DNA of 63,806 nt, counting the filler, from Hausera hauseri (Eukaryota): NCBI GenBank assembly GCA_046269625.1. It is 11 parts of 11 records of this genome, joined end to end, with 100 filler letters (N's around TTAATTAATTAA, not from the genome) between each part and the next. Parts side by side here need not be neighbours in the genome. Positions count along the whole stretch, not along the records: positions 11,804 to 16,375 come from JBJURY010522681.1; positions 16,476 to 20,924 come from JBJURY010575894.1; positions 21,025 to 26,688 come from JBJURY010210633.1; 8 more parts are not named here. One strand, given 5' to 3'. The position numbers and the translations under genes are program-made. The notes under the pieces were generated by a model. The model made no database searches. It was not told where the DNA came from and saw nothing but the letters and a program-made list of their open reading frames with translations. Below are positions 11,804 to 24,327 of this stretch, one piece after another (the first letter of the stretch is position 1; every line of letters begins with the position of its first letter).

Positions 11804-14800
11804 TCGTTCGTTCGTTCGTTCGTTCGTTCGTTCGTTCGTTCGTTCGTTCGTTCGTTCGTTCGTTCGTTCGTTTCTTTGTTTGATCGCCCGTCCGTTCCTT
11901 TGCTCGTTTCTTTGTTTGTTCGGTCATTCGTTCTTCCGCCCGTTCATTCTTTCTTTCTTTTATTCGTTCGCTTTTTCTTTCGTTTGTTCGTTTTTCAGTT
12001 TCCTTCCTCGATCGCTTTTAAGTTCCTTCGTTCGTCCGTTCGTTCATTCGTTCATTTGTTTGTTCGTTCGTTCTTTCGTTAGTTTTTCCTTCGTTCGATC
12101 GCTCGTTCGTTCGTTTGCTCGTTTCTTTGTTTGGTCGGTCATTCGTTCTTCCGCCCGTTCATGCTTTCTTTGTTTTATTCGTTCGCTCTTTCGTTCGTTC
12201 ATTCATTCAATCGTTCGTTCGTTCTTTCCTTTGTTTGTTTGTTCTTTCCTTCTTTTATTCCTTTTTTCGATCGTTCGTTTTTTCGTTCATTCGTTCATTT
12301 GTTTCTTCGTTCGTTCCTTCGTTCGATCGCTCGTCCGTTTGTTTGCTCGTTTGTTTTTTGTTCGGTCATTCGTTCTTCCGCCCGTTCATTCTTTCTTTCT
12401 TTCTTTCATTCATTTGCTCATTCGATCGTTTGTTCGTTCTTTAGTTATTTCGTTCGTTCATTCATTCAATCTTTCGTTGGATTTTTTCTTCGTTTGTTTG
12501 CTCGTTTCTTCTTTTACTCCTTTGTTCGATCGTTCTTCCGTACCTTCAATCGTTCATTCGTTCGGCCGTTCGTCCGTTCTTTCCTTCGTTTGTTTGTTCG
12601 TTCCTGCTTTTATTCCTTTATTCGATCGTTCGTTCGTACCTTCATTCGTTTATTCGTTCGTTCGTTCGTACGTTCGTTTGTTTTTTCCTTCGTTCGATCG
12701 CTCGTCCGTTCCTTTGCTCGTTTCTTTGTTTGTTCGGTTATTTGTTCTTCCGCTCGTTCATTCTTTCTTTCTTTCTTTCATTCATTCGCTCATTCTTTTG
12801 TGTATTCCTTCTTTCGTTCGTTCTTTCGTTCGCTCTTACGTTCCTTCGTTCGTTCTTTTGTTCTTTCGTACTTTCATTAATTCGATCGTTCGTTCGTTCT
12901 TTCCTTTGTTTGTTTGTTCGTTCCTGCTTTTATTCCTTTGTTCGATCGTTCGTTCGTACCTTCATTCGTTTATCTGTTCGTTTGTTCGTTCGTTCGTTCG
13001 TTCGTTCGTTCGTTCGTTCGTTCGTTCGTTCGTTCGTTTCTTCGTTCGATCGCCCGTCCGTTCCTTTGCTCGTTTCTTTGTTTGTTCGGTCATTCGTTCT
13101 TTCGCCCGTTCATTCTTTCTTTCTTTTATTCGTTCGCTTTTTCTTTCGTTTGTTCGTTTTTCAGTTTTTTTCCTCGATCGCTCTTAAGTTCGTTCGTTCG
13201 TCCGTTCGTTCATTCGTTCATTTGTTTGTTCGTTCGTTCCTTCGTTCGCCTTTCCTTCGTTCAATCGCTCGTCCTTTCGTTTGCTCGTTTCTATGTTTGT
13301 TCGGTAATTCGTACTTCCGCCCGTTCATTTTGTCTTTCTTTCTTTCATTCATTCGCTTATTCGTTCGTTTCTTCGTTCTTCCGTTCGTTCCCTCTTTCGC
13401 TCTTACGTTTGCTCGAACGTTCTTTTGTTCTTTCGTTCGTTCATTCATTCAATCGTTCGTTCGTTCATTTCTTCGTTTGTTTGTTCGTTCCTGCTTTTAT
13501 TTCTTTGTTCGATCGTTCGTTCGTACCTTCATTCGTTTAGTCGTTTGTTCGTTCATTCGCTCGTTCGTATTTTCCTTCGATCGATCGCTCGTCAGTTCGT
13601 TTGCTCGTTTGTTTGTTTGTTCGGTCATTCGTTCTTCCGCCCGTTCATTCTTTCTTTTTTTCTTTCATTCATTCGCTCATTCGTTCGTTTGTTCGTTCGT
13701 TCTTTCGTTCTTTCCTTCGTTTATTCATTCGATCGTTCGTTCGTTCTTTCCTTTGTTTGTTTGTTCGTTCATTCTTTTATTCCTTTGTTCGTTCGTTCGT
13801 CCGTTCGTTCTTTCTTTCATTTGTTTGTTCGTCCGTTGCTTCGTTCGATCGCTCGTCCGTTCGTTTGCTCGTTTCTTTGTTTGTTCGGTCATTCATTTTT
13901 CTGCCCGTTCATTCTTTCTTTCTTTCATTCGTTCGCTCTTTCGTTCGTTTGTTCGTTCTTTTGTTCGTTCCCTCGTTCGCTCTTACGTTCGTTCGTTCGT
14001 TCTTTTGTTCTTTCATTCGTTCGTTCGTTCGTTCCTTCGTTCGTTTTTACTTCGTTCAATCGCTCGTCCGTTCGTTTGCTCGTTTCTTTGTTTGTTTGGT
14101 CATTCGTTCTTCTGCCCGTTCATTCTTTTTTTCTTTCATTCGTTCGCTATTTCGTTCGTATTTTCGTTCTTTCATTTTTTCCTTCGTTCGATCGCTCGAC
14201 CGTTCGGTGTTTGGTTTCTTTGTTTGTTCGGTCATTCGATTTTCCGCCCGTTCATTCTTTCTTTCTTTCTTTCATTCATTCGATCATTCGTTCTTTTGTT
14301 CGTTCTTTCGTTCGTTTCCTCTTTCGCTCTTACGTTCGTTCTTTCGTCCTTTTGTTCTTTCGTTCGTTCATTCAATCGATCGTTCGTTCGTTCTTTCCTT
14401 CGTTTGTTTGTTCGTTCATTCTTTTATTCCTTTGTTCGTTCGTTCGTTCGTTCGTTTGTTCGTTCGTTTGTTCGTTCGTTCCTTTGTTAATTTTTTCCTT
14501 TGTTCGATCGCTAGTTTGTTCGTTTGCTCTTTTCTTTGTTTGTTCGGTCATTCCTTCTTCCGCCCGTTCAATCTTTTTTTCTTTCATTCGTTCCCTTTTT
14601 TGTTTGTTTGTTCGTTCTTTCGTTCGTTCCCTCGTTCGCTCTTATGTTCGTTCGTTTGTTCGTTTTTTCGTTCTTTCGCTCGTTTATTCATTCGATCGTT
14701 CGTTCGTTCTTTCCTTCGTTTGTTTGTTCCTTCCTTCTTTTATTCCTTTGTTTGATCGTTCGTCCGTTCGTTCATTTGTTCTTTCGTTCGTTCATTCATT

Positions 14801-16375
14801 CGATCGTTCGTTTGTTCTTTCCTTCGTTTGTTTGTTCTTTCGTTCCTTTATTCCTTTGTTCGATCGTTCCTCTGTTCGTTCATTCGTTCATTCGTTCGTT
14901 CGTACGTTCCTTCGTTCGATCGCTCGTCCCTTCGTTTGCTCGTTTGTTTGTTGGTTCGGTATTCAATCTTCCGCCCGTTCATTCTTTCTTTCTTTCTTTC
15001 ATTCGTTCGCTCTTTTGTTCGTTTGTTTGTTCTTTGTTCGTTCCCTCGTTCGCTCTTACGTTCGTTAGTTCGTTCGTTCTTTCGTTCTTTCCTTCGTTCA
15101 TTCATTCGATCGTTCGTTCGTTATTTCCTTCGTTTGTTTGTTCGTTCATTTTTTTATTCCTTTGTTCGATCGTTCGTCCGTTCGTTCGCTCGTTCGTTCC
15201 TTCGTTCGTTTTTCCTTCGTTCGATCGCTTGTCCGTTCGTTTGCTCGTTTGTTCGTTTGTTCGCTTATTCGTTCTTCCGCCCGTTCATTCTTTCTTTCTT
15301 TTATTCGTTCGCTCTTTCGTTCGTTTGTTCATTCTTTCCTTCGTTCCCTCGTTCGCTCTTACGTTCGTTCGTTCGTTCTTTTGTTCTTTCGTTCGTCCAT
15401 TCATTCGATCGTTCGTTCGTTCTTTCCTTCGTCTGTTTGTTCGTTCATTTATTTTATTCCTTTGGTCGATCGTTCGTCCGTTCCTTCATTCGTTTATTCG
15501 TTCGTTCGTTTATTCTTTTGTTCGTTTTTTCCTTCGTTCGATCGCTCGTCCGTTCGTTTTCTCGTTTCTTTTTTTGTTCGGTCATTCATTCTTCCGCCCG
15601 TTCATTCTTTCTTTCTTTTATTCGTTCGCTCTTTCGTTCGTTTTTTTCGTTCTTTCGTTCGTTCCCTCGTTTGCTCTTGCGTTCGTTCTTTTGTTCTTTT
15701 GTTCTTTCGTTTGTTTTTTCATTCGTTCCTTCGTTTGTTTTTCCTTCGTTCGATCGCTTGTCCGTTCGTTTGCTCGTTTGTTTGTTTGTTCGATTATTCG
15801 TTCTTCCGCCCGTTCATTCTTTCTTTCTTTCATTCGTTCGCTCTTTGGTTCGTTTTTTCGTTCTTTTAATCGTTTTTTCTTTCGTTCGATCGCTCGTCCG
15901 TTCCTTTGCTTGTTTCTTTGTTTGTTTGGTCATTCCTTCTTCCGCCCGTTCATTCTTTCTTTCTTTCATTCATTCGCTCATTCGTTCGTTTGTTTGTTCT
16001 TTAGTTTGTTCCCTTGTTCGCTCTTACGTTCGTTCGTTTGTTCTTTTGTTCTTTCATTCGTTCATTCATTCAATCTTTCGTTCGTTTTTTTTTTGTTTGT
16101 TTGTTCGTTCATTCGTTCATTCGTTCGTTCCTTCATTCCTTCGTTCCTTTTTTCCTTCGTTCGATCGCTCGTCCGTTAATTTGCCCGTTTGTTTGTTTGT
16201 TCGTTCATTCATTCTTCCGCCCGTTCATTCTTTCTTTCTTTCATTCGTTCGCTCTTTCGTTCGTTTGTTCGTTCTTTCGTTCGTTCCCTCGTTCGCTCTT
16301 ACGTTCGTTCGTTCGTTCTTTTGTTCTTTCGTTCGTTCATTCATTCGATCGTTCGTTCGTTCTTTCCTTCGTTTG
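11804..16375. repeat. Complex (TTCG)n-derived satellite with irregular higher-order units
   Basis: Pure TTCG runs near 11804 and 12985. The block CGATCGCTCGTCCGTT...GGTCATTCGTTCTTCCGCCCGTTCATTC recurs about 17 times at roughly 130-410 bp spacing. The plus strand is very A-poor. Confidence 0.95.
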
Positions 16376-16475
16376 NNNNNNNNNNNNNNNNNNNNNNNNN
16401 NNNNNNNNNNNNNNNNNNNTTAATTAATTAANNNNNNNNNNNNNNNNNNNNNNNNNNNNNNNNNNNNNNNNNNNN

Positions 16476-17221
16476 CCCGTTGGTAAGTCAATCGCTATAT
16501 TCGATAGTCTTTTCAATAAATCACACCCTAAAACGACGTCATCAGTTAACTGATCCATAATAGCGAACTCATGTCCAAATGATTGCCCAACTAATTGGAC
16601 TTCTGGATTCCACTTAAACATTGGTTTTGACGTTTGGCCAAAAGCTCCTGTGCTTCCTGGATCTTTCGTAGACGGTGGATATAACTGTCTTCTTAGTGTT
16701 TGCGGTATTGAATCATTTTTAATATAAGACATCTCAGAACACGTATCAATTAATGCGTAAACTTCCCAATCTTCGATAATGATTTTGGCAAAGGGTCTTC
16801 CTTCTATTACTGTTCCAAAACAATTTGATGCTACTTTCGAACGTTTATTCGATGATATTTTGTATCCATTGATACGAATTTCTGCGGAGGATACTATATT
16901 TTCCGATAGTTGTCTCAATTCTTCATTTAAGTATACTTCATTGTTTTCTACGTGGAATTCTTCCGTTTCATGAGTACTGATTAACGTTTCACGATTGTTA
17001 GTATGTAGTTCGTTATGTTGAATGGTTTTCAATCTTGGATTATCCCAAATTGTTGATCTTGTTTCGATATTTTTAGGTTCTCTTGGCAAATACAACATCC
17101 TAGGGTCATCCGTGGATTGTCGATGACACATTTTGCGTAAGATTCCATACCGCTTCGCTCCTTCGTAAGGATCTTCTACATTAATTGTTCTTTTATAGAT
17201 TTCCGTCTGATATGAGTTCAT
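16476..17221 (-). pseudogene. Retropepsin-type aspartic protease (start of retroelement pol), truncated by the contig end
   Basis: RPFAKIII...YALIDTCSEMSYI...GAFG...HEFAIMDQLTDDVVLGCDLL matches the retropepsin DTG(S) and ILGxDxL motifs. Confidence 0.8.
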
Positions 17222-19290
17222 AGATCGTTTGTCACAATCTTCACAGAATGGGGTGGTGCTTTGACCACCGAATACATTTTGTGACGGTTTATCCTAAAAA
17301 ATGCTTCTCCTCCCTTAGGCTCGTCATCATCCGTATTATTTCTTCTTGTAATAGACCTTTTAAGTTTTCGCTTCCGCAGGAAGATAGGTTTTCCTCTTCG
17401 TTTTCGATTTAAGTAACCGACATGCCGTTCCACGTCCGATTTCCATCTACTTTCTTCGTACGCCTTTAGGATTTTTCCAAAGGGCGTTATGATTGCGGTC
17501 AATACCTTACATGAAAATCCAGTTATGGTAAATATCTCCTATCCATTTATTACCGCTTGGATTACGGCCTTTACCATTTGTATCAGAAAATATATCGCTA
17601 AAAATCCTGATGCGGCTTGTCCGAATATCAAAAATCTTCCCCACATTTTATATAGTATTTCAGTTGTTACTAGTTGGTAATGGTTTACACTGATTAAAGA
17701 GTCCCATTTAGCTTGATGTCTGGTATCGTCTAATACTGAAGCCATCGCTCGATTTAATTCGTGCGTTCGTTGTCGCGAAAAAGCGAGGAATTGTCTAAAG
17801 GCCTCAATTTCCTTTGCTCTGTAAATCCCTTTTGACGAGGTGTCTTGAAATTTGTCATCTGTAATTCCTTTCGCTAGATTCGTTCCTGTTAATTTGTTTC
17901 GAGCGGCAGTGATACCTCCATTTGGTAAGCTAACCCAGTCCGTTTCACTACGCCTAAACATGGGTTCTCCTAAGCTTGCCTTACAATCCTTGAGAATAGT
18001 TGGTTGCGTCGCATTGTCCAACAAAACTCTCGTCAATGGTGTAGCTAATCTTGGGATGTTCTGATAAATAACGGGAAGTTCCTGAATATAGGGTTTTTCT
18101 TCCATATTGAGGGGTACGTCTTTCTTTTCACATTCGTAAGTTAGCAGTACGTTGCCTGTGACTCTACCAGAAATTTCTTCTCTTATGGGATTTATTGGGG
18201 AAACCAATTCCGGATTTGCATAAATCAATGCCATTTTAGTTCTCCTAATTTCCGTATCCAGTTTGCAGTCATTCGTTATCATTTTATGATATAATTCCAT
18301 TATTCCGACTTGTCCTTTATAGTAAAAGTAATCGTCTCTATTCTTCTGGTAATCTTCGATCAGGATATCCTGCGTTTCTAACTTATACGTTCTTGCATTT
18401 ATTTCTGTTTCTGCGACAAAAAATGCTTCGTAGTTGGTAGCGAACATTACTACATCGCAATGAGAAATCATTTCTTTCCTGATAAATTTTAGTCCGTGTT
18501 GATCCGAGATTAATATGGCGGGCGTAGAATATTATGATACATCTTCTCGCGTCCTCGAACTGGTTTCTGATTTATCCACATATCTCTTTCCCGTAGTCTC
18601 ATTGAACTTGAGTTCTTTAATTTTAATAAAATTACAACTCCTTCCAGAGGGAGGTTCCCATATTATAACCGAGCTTCTAAAAGCACAGGTTCCGTCTTGT
18701 AAATGACACTTTGGGTTTTTGGTATATAATTTAGTGACACTATGGAACATTACCTTTTGTGATCGCATTTCCGATTCATAAAAATCTACAACTACTACGT
18801 TTGGTTTTAATCCTTTTCCTGTGTCGTATTCTGCTCCGCTACAATGTCCGCTATGCATATCTAACTTTCCAGATATCACTTTGTATGGTCTAATTATTTT
18901 TCCGGGTTGCATTTCCAATTGTAGGCTATCACATTGTATTTTCCCACTTTCCTTGGCTTGTTTACAATGTTGACGTTCTAGGTTCATCGGATTAAGCCGT
19001 GTGGTCGGTTTAATTATAGAGGAGTGACTATGAATTAATCCACAATGGCAATGCTACGCGATAGTCTCAACATGCATTCTATTCCATCTAACGATACCAA
19101 TTCTTGCTGTTGATATAGAAAATAATTTTTTTCTCTTGTTTCCAATTTGTTTAGTCTGGCATCTTCGCGAGCTTCCAGATCCATTAGGGAGTATCTTTGT
19201 CCTAACTTAAACTTATCGCAGTCATAAACGGTCACAGCGCCTATGTGCTTGATCAACATCATTAAAGTGAGCAAGCTAATTAGCCTATTT
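17218..19290 (-). pseudogene. Chuvirus-like class III glycoprotein / env, second copy
   Basis: Colinear homologue of 1071..2938 (AVTVYDC, GHCSGAEY, SKGIYRAKEIEAFRQFL, WGRFLIFGQAASGFLAI), followed by a basic cytoplasmic tail. Confidence 0.82.
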
Positions 19291-20924
19291 GATTTGTTCT
19301 TTGACCTCCTACGTCTGACATTGTCAGGTTGCGTATCATATCATCCAGTTTATTGTTATTGCGTTTATCTTTTTCTTTCTCGAATAACTTTGACCAACTT
19401 ACTTCGTAGGGCAGTCTTCTCGCTGCTTTTTGTGTTAAGCTTATAGCTCTGTTGATTTCGTTCTCGCGGTTAGGACTTACTTTGATATCCAAATACAGCA
19501 AAACTTTTCTCAATTCTTCATTCGTGTTTTCTACCATGATTTTTTCTATTACTGACTCATCGGTTAAGTTACTTTTTGATAGTTTGAAACGTGAACTTTT
19601 CATCATATTTGCTGCATCAAATATTATATTTTCTTTATTGTCTAACACATCTCGAAAGCTGGAGTAATTTACAATTCGTATTAAATTCTTTATTAATTCA
19701 CTTAATTCTTCGTTATCTGGGCTAAGGGTCGGAATCGACATCTGTCTCAATTCTCTGATTAATTCTCCATTGTAGTCCACTTCTCGCATTATCCTAGGTC
19801 TGCCTACTGGACGTTTTGGTCTTGGGCCTTTCGGGGTTACTTCGCTTAGTGGTACTAAATTTATATCGTATTGTTCTTTATCTTCCTCCCTTTGTAAATA
19901 CTCAAAATATAGTGCAGCGTCTCGGACTCCCATAATTTGTCCGACGCATTCTTCTGCTTTAGCCTTACGTGTGGCTTCCTCTTTTGTCTGTTCGTTAGCT
20001 ATTGTGACCACTATCCGATTTGCTTCATCAGGAATAATTCCGACATCTATTAGCTGTTCTAGGTCGTCGAGTATTCTACCTCTAAAGTAGAATCTGTAGT
20101 TTAACTCATTTGTCCCGCTATTGTTTAATAACCATTCTCTCATCCTTTACGTAGGAATAAGTGGTTAATTCACATTCCTTTTCATCCATCCACTCGGATG
20201 ATACCATTATTTTTATCTCTACCTCTGGTTTTTTCCTTAAGATTTTAGCATATTTCTTTATCAAAAGTTTCGGCACCGTACTATAAATCGTGTTTTCGCT
20301 AGATAATTTAGTTAACGTTGGAATAAGTTGTCGTAGTTTAGTCTCAGTAATATTTAGGTTAATTAATTCCATCAAATCTTTTTTAGTTAGCGTTGAATCT
20401 ATTATCATTTCCACATTGAATCTCCTGTCTTTGGGACATGTTTCTATTTCGTTTAGGTGTACTGGAGTCATGGGTTCTCCGGTAAGTATTTTGTCGAAGT
20501 ATGCATCCCATTCGGGTTCGTTTTCGACATCCGCAAGTCGGTAGTCCACTAAAGCTGTATTGGCTGTTTGAATGTTTTCGCGAATTTCCTTTAGTTTAGG
20601 TTGTATTTTCATTTTCGTCGTTCGGAAACCTACTCCATTTCCGCAGGCATATTGAATCGTCTTCAATAATTCACCGAATTCGTTAGTCGATTAGCCCTTT
20701 TTGGTGATAATCTGTTAATTCGAGAATCACATCCTTTTGTCATCTTTGTACAAATTCTTGTTTATTCTTAATTTCGGACTCGGTAAAAGCATGTTTGTTT
20801 CGGTAGACTTCAAGTTCTTTTGTTATTTCGTCTAACCTTATCGCTCTTTGTTTTGTTTTAATACATGTTTCTTCTACTTTATGTATTCTGGGCATCAATT
20901 GTCTCATCTGTTCATCACTGATTT
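19280..20924 (-). pseudogene. Upstream polyprotein region, second copy (ubiquitin-like domain ~19995-20228, AT-hook ~19790-19830)
   Basis: ORFs 20118..20666 and 19280..20143 are a frameshifted equivalent of 3059..4021; contain YRFYFRGRILDDLEQLIDVGI and PKRPVGRPR. Confidence 0.65.
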
Positions 20925-22251
20925 NNNNNNNNNNNNNNNNNNNNNNNNNNNNNNNNNNNNNNNNNNNNTTAATTAATTAANNNNNNNNNNNNNNNNNNNN
21001 NNNNNNNNNNNNNNNNNNNNNNNNCTGTAGGGAAACCTGCATGTGGACACTAATCTCTGGGGAGTATTTTATTTTCTGTTGCTAGCTCCAAATTGCTTTT
21101 CCTGGCGTGTCACTGATTTCCCCCCCACTCACTGTTAGCTACCCCACATTCCAGTGGGGCTCACCGTTGTGCAGGCCCCGCCACCCGATGACCGCTGTAT
21201 CCTGGATATAACCATGTTCGGCAGTAAATTTGTTCATAATGTCTGCATTCCTCTCCACACATTCCTGTTTTACAGCAGCTTATATAATATTTATGAAGAA
21301 GCTCCATACTTCCGGTTTGTAGTACTCTACTAATATAGTTACATGGGACGTAATCATTAAAAATATATAATTTTCAAGGGAAACTATTTATTATTCCTTA
21401 ATATTTTATAGAATTGCAGGTTTCTTAGCAGTTCCTTATTCTGTGAAAAAGATCTTACATTTTTCAGTTCATTCGTAGATTTTTTTCGGTTTCTCTCAAA
21501 ATGTCTGAACATCTTATCAATTTCTTTAAATATAAACTTGTAATTAGCCACAATGACTATTATCTTACTTATTTAGCATTACATTTACAGTTTTATAGAT
21601 GGATTGGATTACTTTCGATGTCAATTTCTTAAAGTTCACAAACTTAACATTAATGACCGGCTTCAGTCTGCACTGGGGACATACAGTGATCCGTCCTGGT
21701 ACAATGATCATTATTATGTCTGCATTGTTTGTCTCCCATGTCGACGAAATGTGGGAGAGGTCTTGCTGGCCTCGACAGCAACACCCACCTGTCAGAGGCC
21801 TTCCCTAATCTGAAAATTTCACCGTCAGGATCTCATGACACCGGAGTGGCAATTTCTGTAGCCGTTTATTTGGTGATGGTGTTGGGCATCCAGTGAATAT
21901 GGACCTTTTCCATCTCCTTTTCTACAAGGTCACTCTACTTACCTGAGGCCAGACATAGTCAAGGCAAGGGTATTTTTTTGATGGAGTAATCCTCCTTCAA
22001 AGTTTATATTAATTCTGAAACCTGGTGAGGCCATTTTCACAGTTCTGTGTTTTATATTCCACAATAAAACGTTTAAAAAGTGTATGTCTTAGTTACTTTT
22101 CCAGAATTTATCGATGTAACACACTTGAAAGCACTAAGGTCACACAGTTCCTATGAAATGCTACACTAAAATTTAATTGGTTTCTCTTCACAACATCGAT
22201 ACTTGATATATATGAAATGTGATCACTTTGATCTTGGCCAAAAATTAAATT

Positions 22252-23280
22252 ATGCCAAAACAGTTATACCAGTGTCGGGCAGACCTGGCAGCAACAAAGC
22301 CCAAAGCAACAACCATTACCGAAAGAACGAAGACACGGCCAAAAGCTGCTTTGTCGACGAAGGAGTCTGATTTGGAGTCAATCCTGCTGTCTCAAGAGAC
22401 GGAAACTTTGCCTATGCCCGAAGAAAAAATCATCCGTGGCAGGTGCTTTCACACTAGTTACTAAAGAAGAGGAGACGACTCAACTCTGCCCAGTCAGGTC
22501 CCGTGTACATATACAACGACGAAGACCCAACTCCGGCACAAGCGTACCGGGCAAAACAACCAATAACTGACATGGCGACAGTCACCCATGAAACAGACAT
22601 GACACCGCAGACATCACCTGCATGGAAGAATCGCTCACACCACAGAAAACTATCTGACACTCCTCCAGAACTGGTGTCGCACTAGAGGACGACTACCAGT
22701 AAGAAACAAACTAATCCCCTTTGTCAAAAACAAGACAGAAAGTAGAGAAGATGTACGACACTACAGGAATGGCAGCAGAAATCAAGATAATCAGCCTTAA
22801 CATTCGTGGTCTACGTCACAAGCTTAACAATATTAACACTGACACACAAACACCGTCTAAATTTCATACTTGTACAAGAAACCAACATACACACAGATCA
22901 ATACGCGCAATACATCACGACACAGTTAGGATTTACGGTTTCACCCTTAGTGTACAGAGCCTAGGTTCAGGCCTGGCCATCATACAGACATCAGACAAGT
23001 GGGACATTACTGGGACAAGCAGGGATAGTGAAGGTAGGATAGTCATAGTAAACATTCACGCACCCCCACACTACACACTTCAACCATACTTCTACAACAA
23101 ACTATAAGACTTACTGGCACATTACCACAAGGGGCAAAACATTATTTTAGAGGGAGACTTTTACTGTGTCCTATCAAACATAGACGTTATAGGAGGAGAG
23201 GTAAGGACACAGGTGAGGACAACAAACAACGACAGCACACATCAACAACAACATCAACAACAACAAAACCGCGATCCTTC
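22252..23280 (+). mobile_element. L1/Tx1-clade non-LTR retrotransposon fragment: probable ORF1 end and ORF2 APE endonuclease
   Basis: IISLNIRGL, VQET, GLAI, RDSEGRIV, VNIHAP and ILEGDFYCVL (APE motifs of L1/Tx1 ORF2) from 22769. Confidence 0.75.
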
Positions 23281-23399
23281 TTCCAGTGGTATCTATAAAA
23301 TGTTGTCGACATCCGAGACAAAAATCATAAACAGAACATGAACTGGGGTTGTGGTTTCTCTTTTATGGGTATTTTGTTTTAACATTCCTCAAGACCACC

Positions 23400-24320
23400 G
23401 CCTTCTCTTTTTTTTTGGGCCATGTTGCCTCGAAATTAGCCGAGACAATTTTAAGAAATATTGCTTATCTACAAGAACCCAAATACAGAATTATATGAAA
23501 CATTTGTGTTCCCTTCCTCCAGGTGCTTAAGGATTTTATCCTTGAACATTTCAAAAAAGGATTTGTCAGCGTACCTTTTCTTGTCAGGGATGACCTTTTT
23601 TTGCAGTTCCAAACTAACAGTCTAAAGTCTGCCACTAGAGCTAATAGTCTCATTTTCTATTGTTGCTCGTCGGAGTTAGAAATCGTGTTTAGGAGTATTC
23701 TTTTGTAGGTTTCTGTTTGTCCATGATTCATTGGGATTGCATCTAGTACTTTCAGTGTAGCCGGCAAGGTCGCATAGTCAAAGTACAGATGGGTCTTTTG
23801 ACTCAATCGCGTGTGTATCTCAAAGCTTACAGTACATTTTTTAAAGCTGGAGTCATTGAAGAAATCAGTCTGCAAAAAATCTCCTTCGCCTGCAGTACAG
23901 TCTCTAAATGATGCAGGTCTTAGCAAATCTGTGTGTAGTCTGTGATGAGTAGATTGTACCATCTTTTTATTCGTCTGTGCAGTGAAGGTTCTTGTAATCT
24001 TATCAAATATTTGCAACTTCGTTTCGTGTTTTGTGTAATTAAATGTTCGTGTCCTTTGATACGTTGTATGCATGTCGAGTAGAAGGATGGTAGTGTGCCG
24101 AAGTCATGTGACTTTGTATTGTTCAGTTTGAAAATGTTGGTAATGTGTACCCCCATGTAATAGTGTGTGAATGGATACTTCTCTGGGTTTTTAATTACAT
24201 CCGCTACGTACTTAATCCTTAGTGATTCTATTTTTTTGTTAATGTTCTGTAGTGAAAAAAAAAATATTTGGCAGAGTCCAATCTCGTTAGATCTTTTATG
24301 GACATGGAAAAAAAAAGTCC
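23400..24320 (-). mobile_element. L1/Tx1-clade ORF2 C-terminal (post-RT) fragment
   Basis: LQNINKKIESLRIKY, PSFYS, KCTV...HLYF and LLVWNC resemble the post-RT and zinc-finger region of Tx1-like ORF2. Confidence 0.55.
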
Positions 24321-24327
24321 AAAGGCG

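Noticed and set aside
11804-16375. CRISPR-like recurrence of a conserved block
   Set aside because: The intervening sequences are themselves TTCG repeats of variable length rather than unique spacers; no cas genes; eukaryotic context.
11876-16431. Many long F/S/V/R-rich ORFs (up to 586 aa)
   Set aside because: Artefact of an A-poor TTCG satellite; open in all three frames, low complexity.
16736-16747. DTC instead of DTG in both retropepsins (also ~9568-9576) as a novel active-site variant
   Set aside because: Each is a single G-to-T change in an element full of other lesions; decay is sufficient.
22252-24320. Twin-priming 5' inversion of a single L1/Tx1
   Set aside because: The two fragments converge (3' ends facing), whereas twin priming gives a divergent junction.
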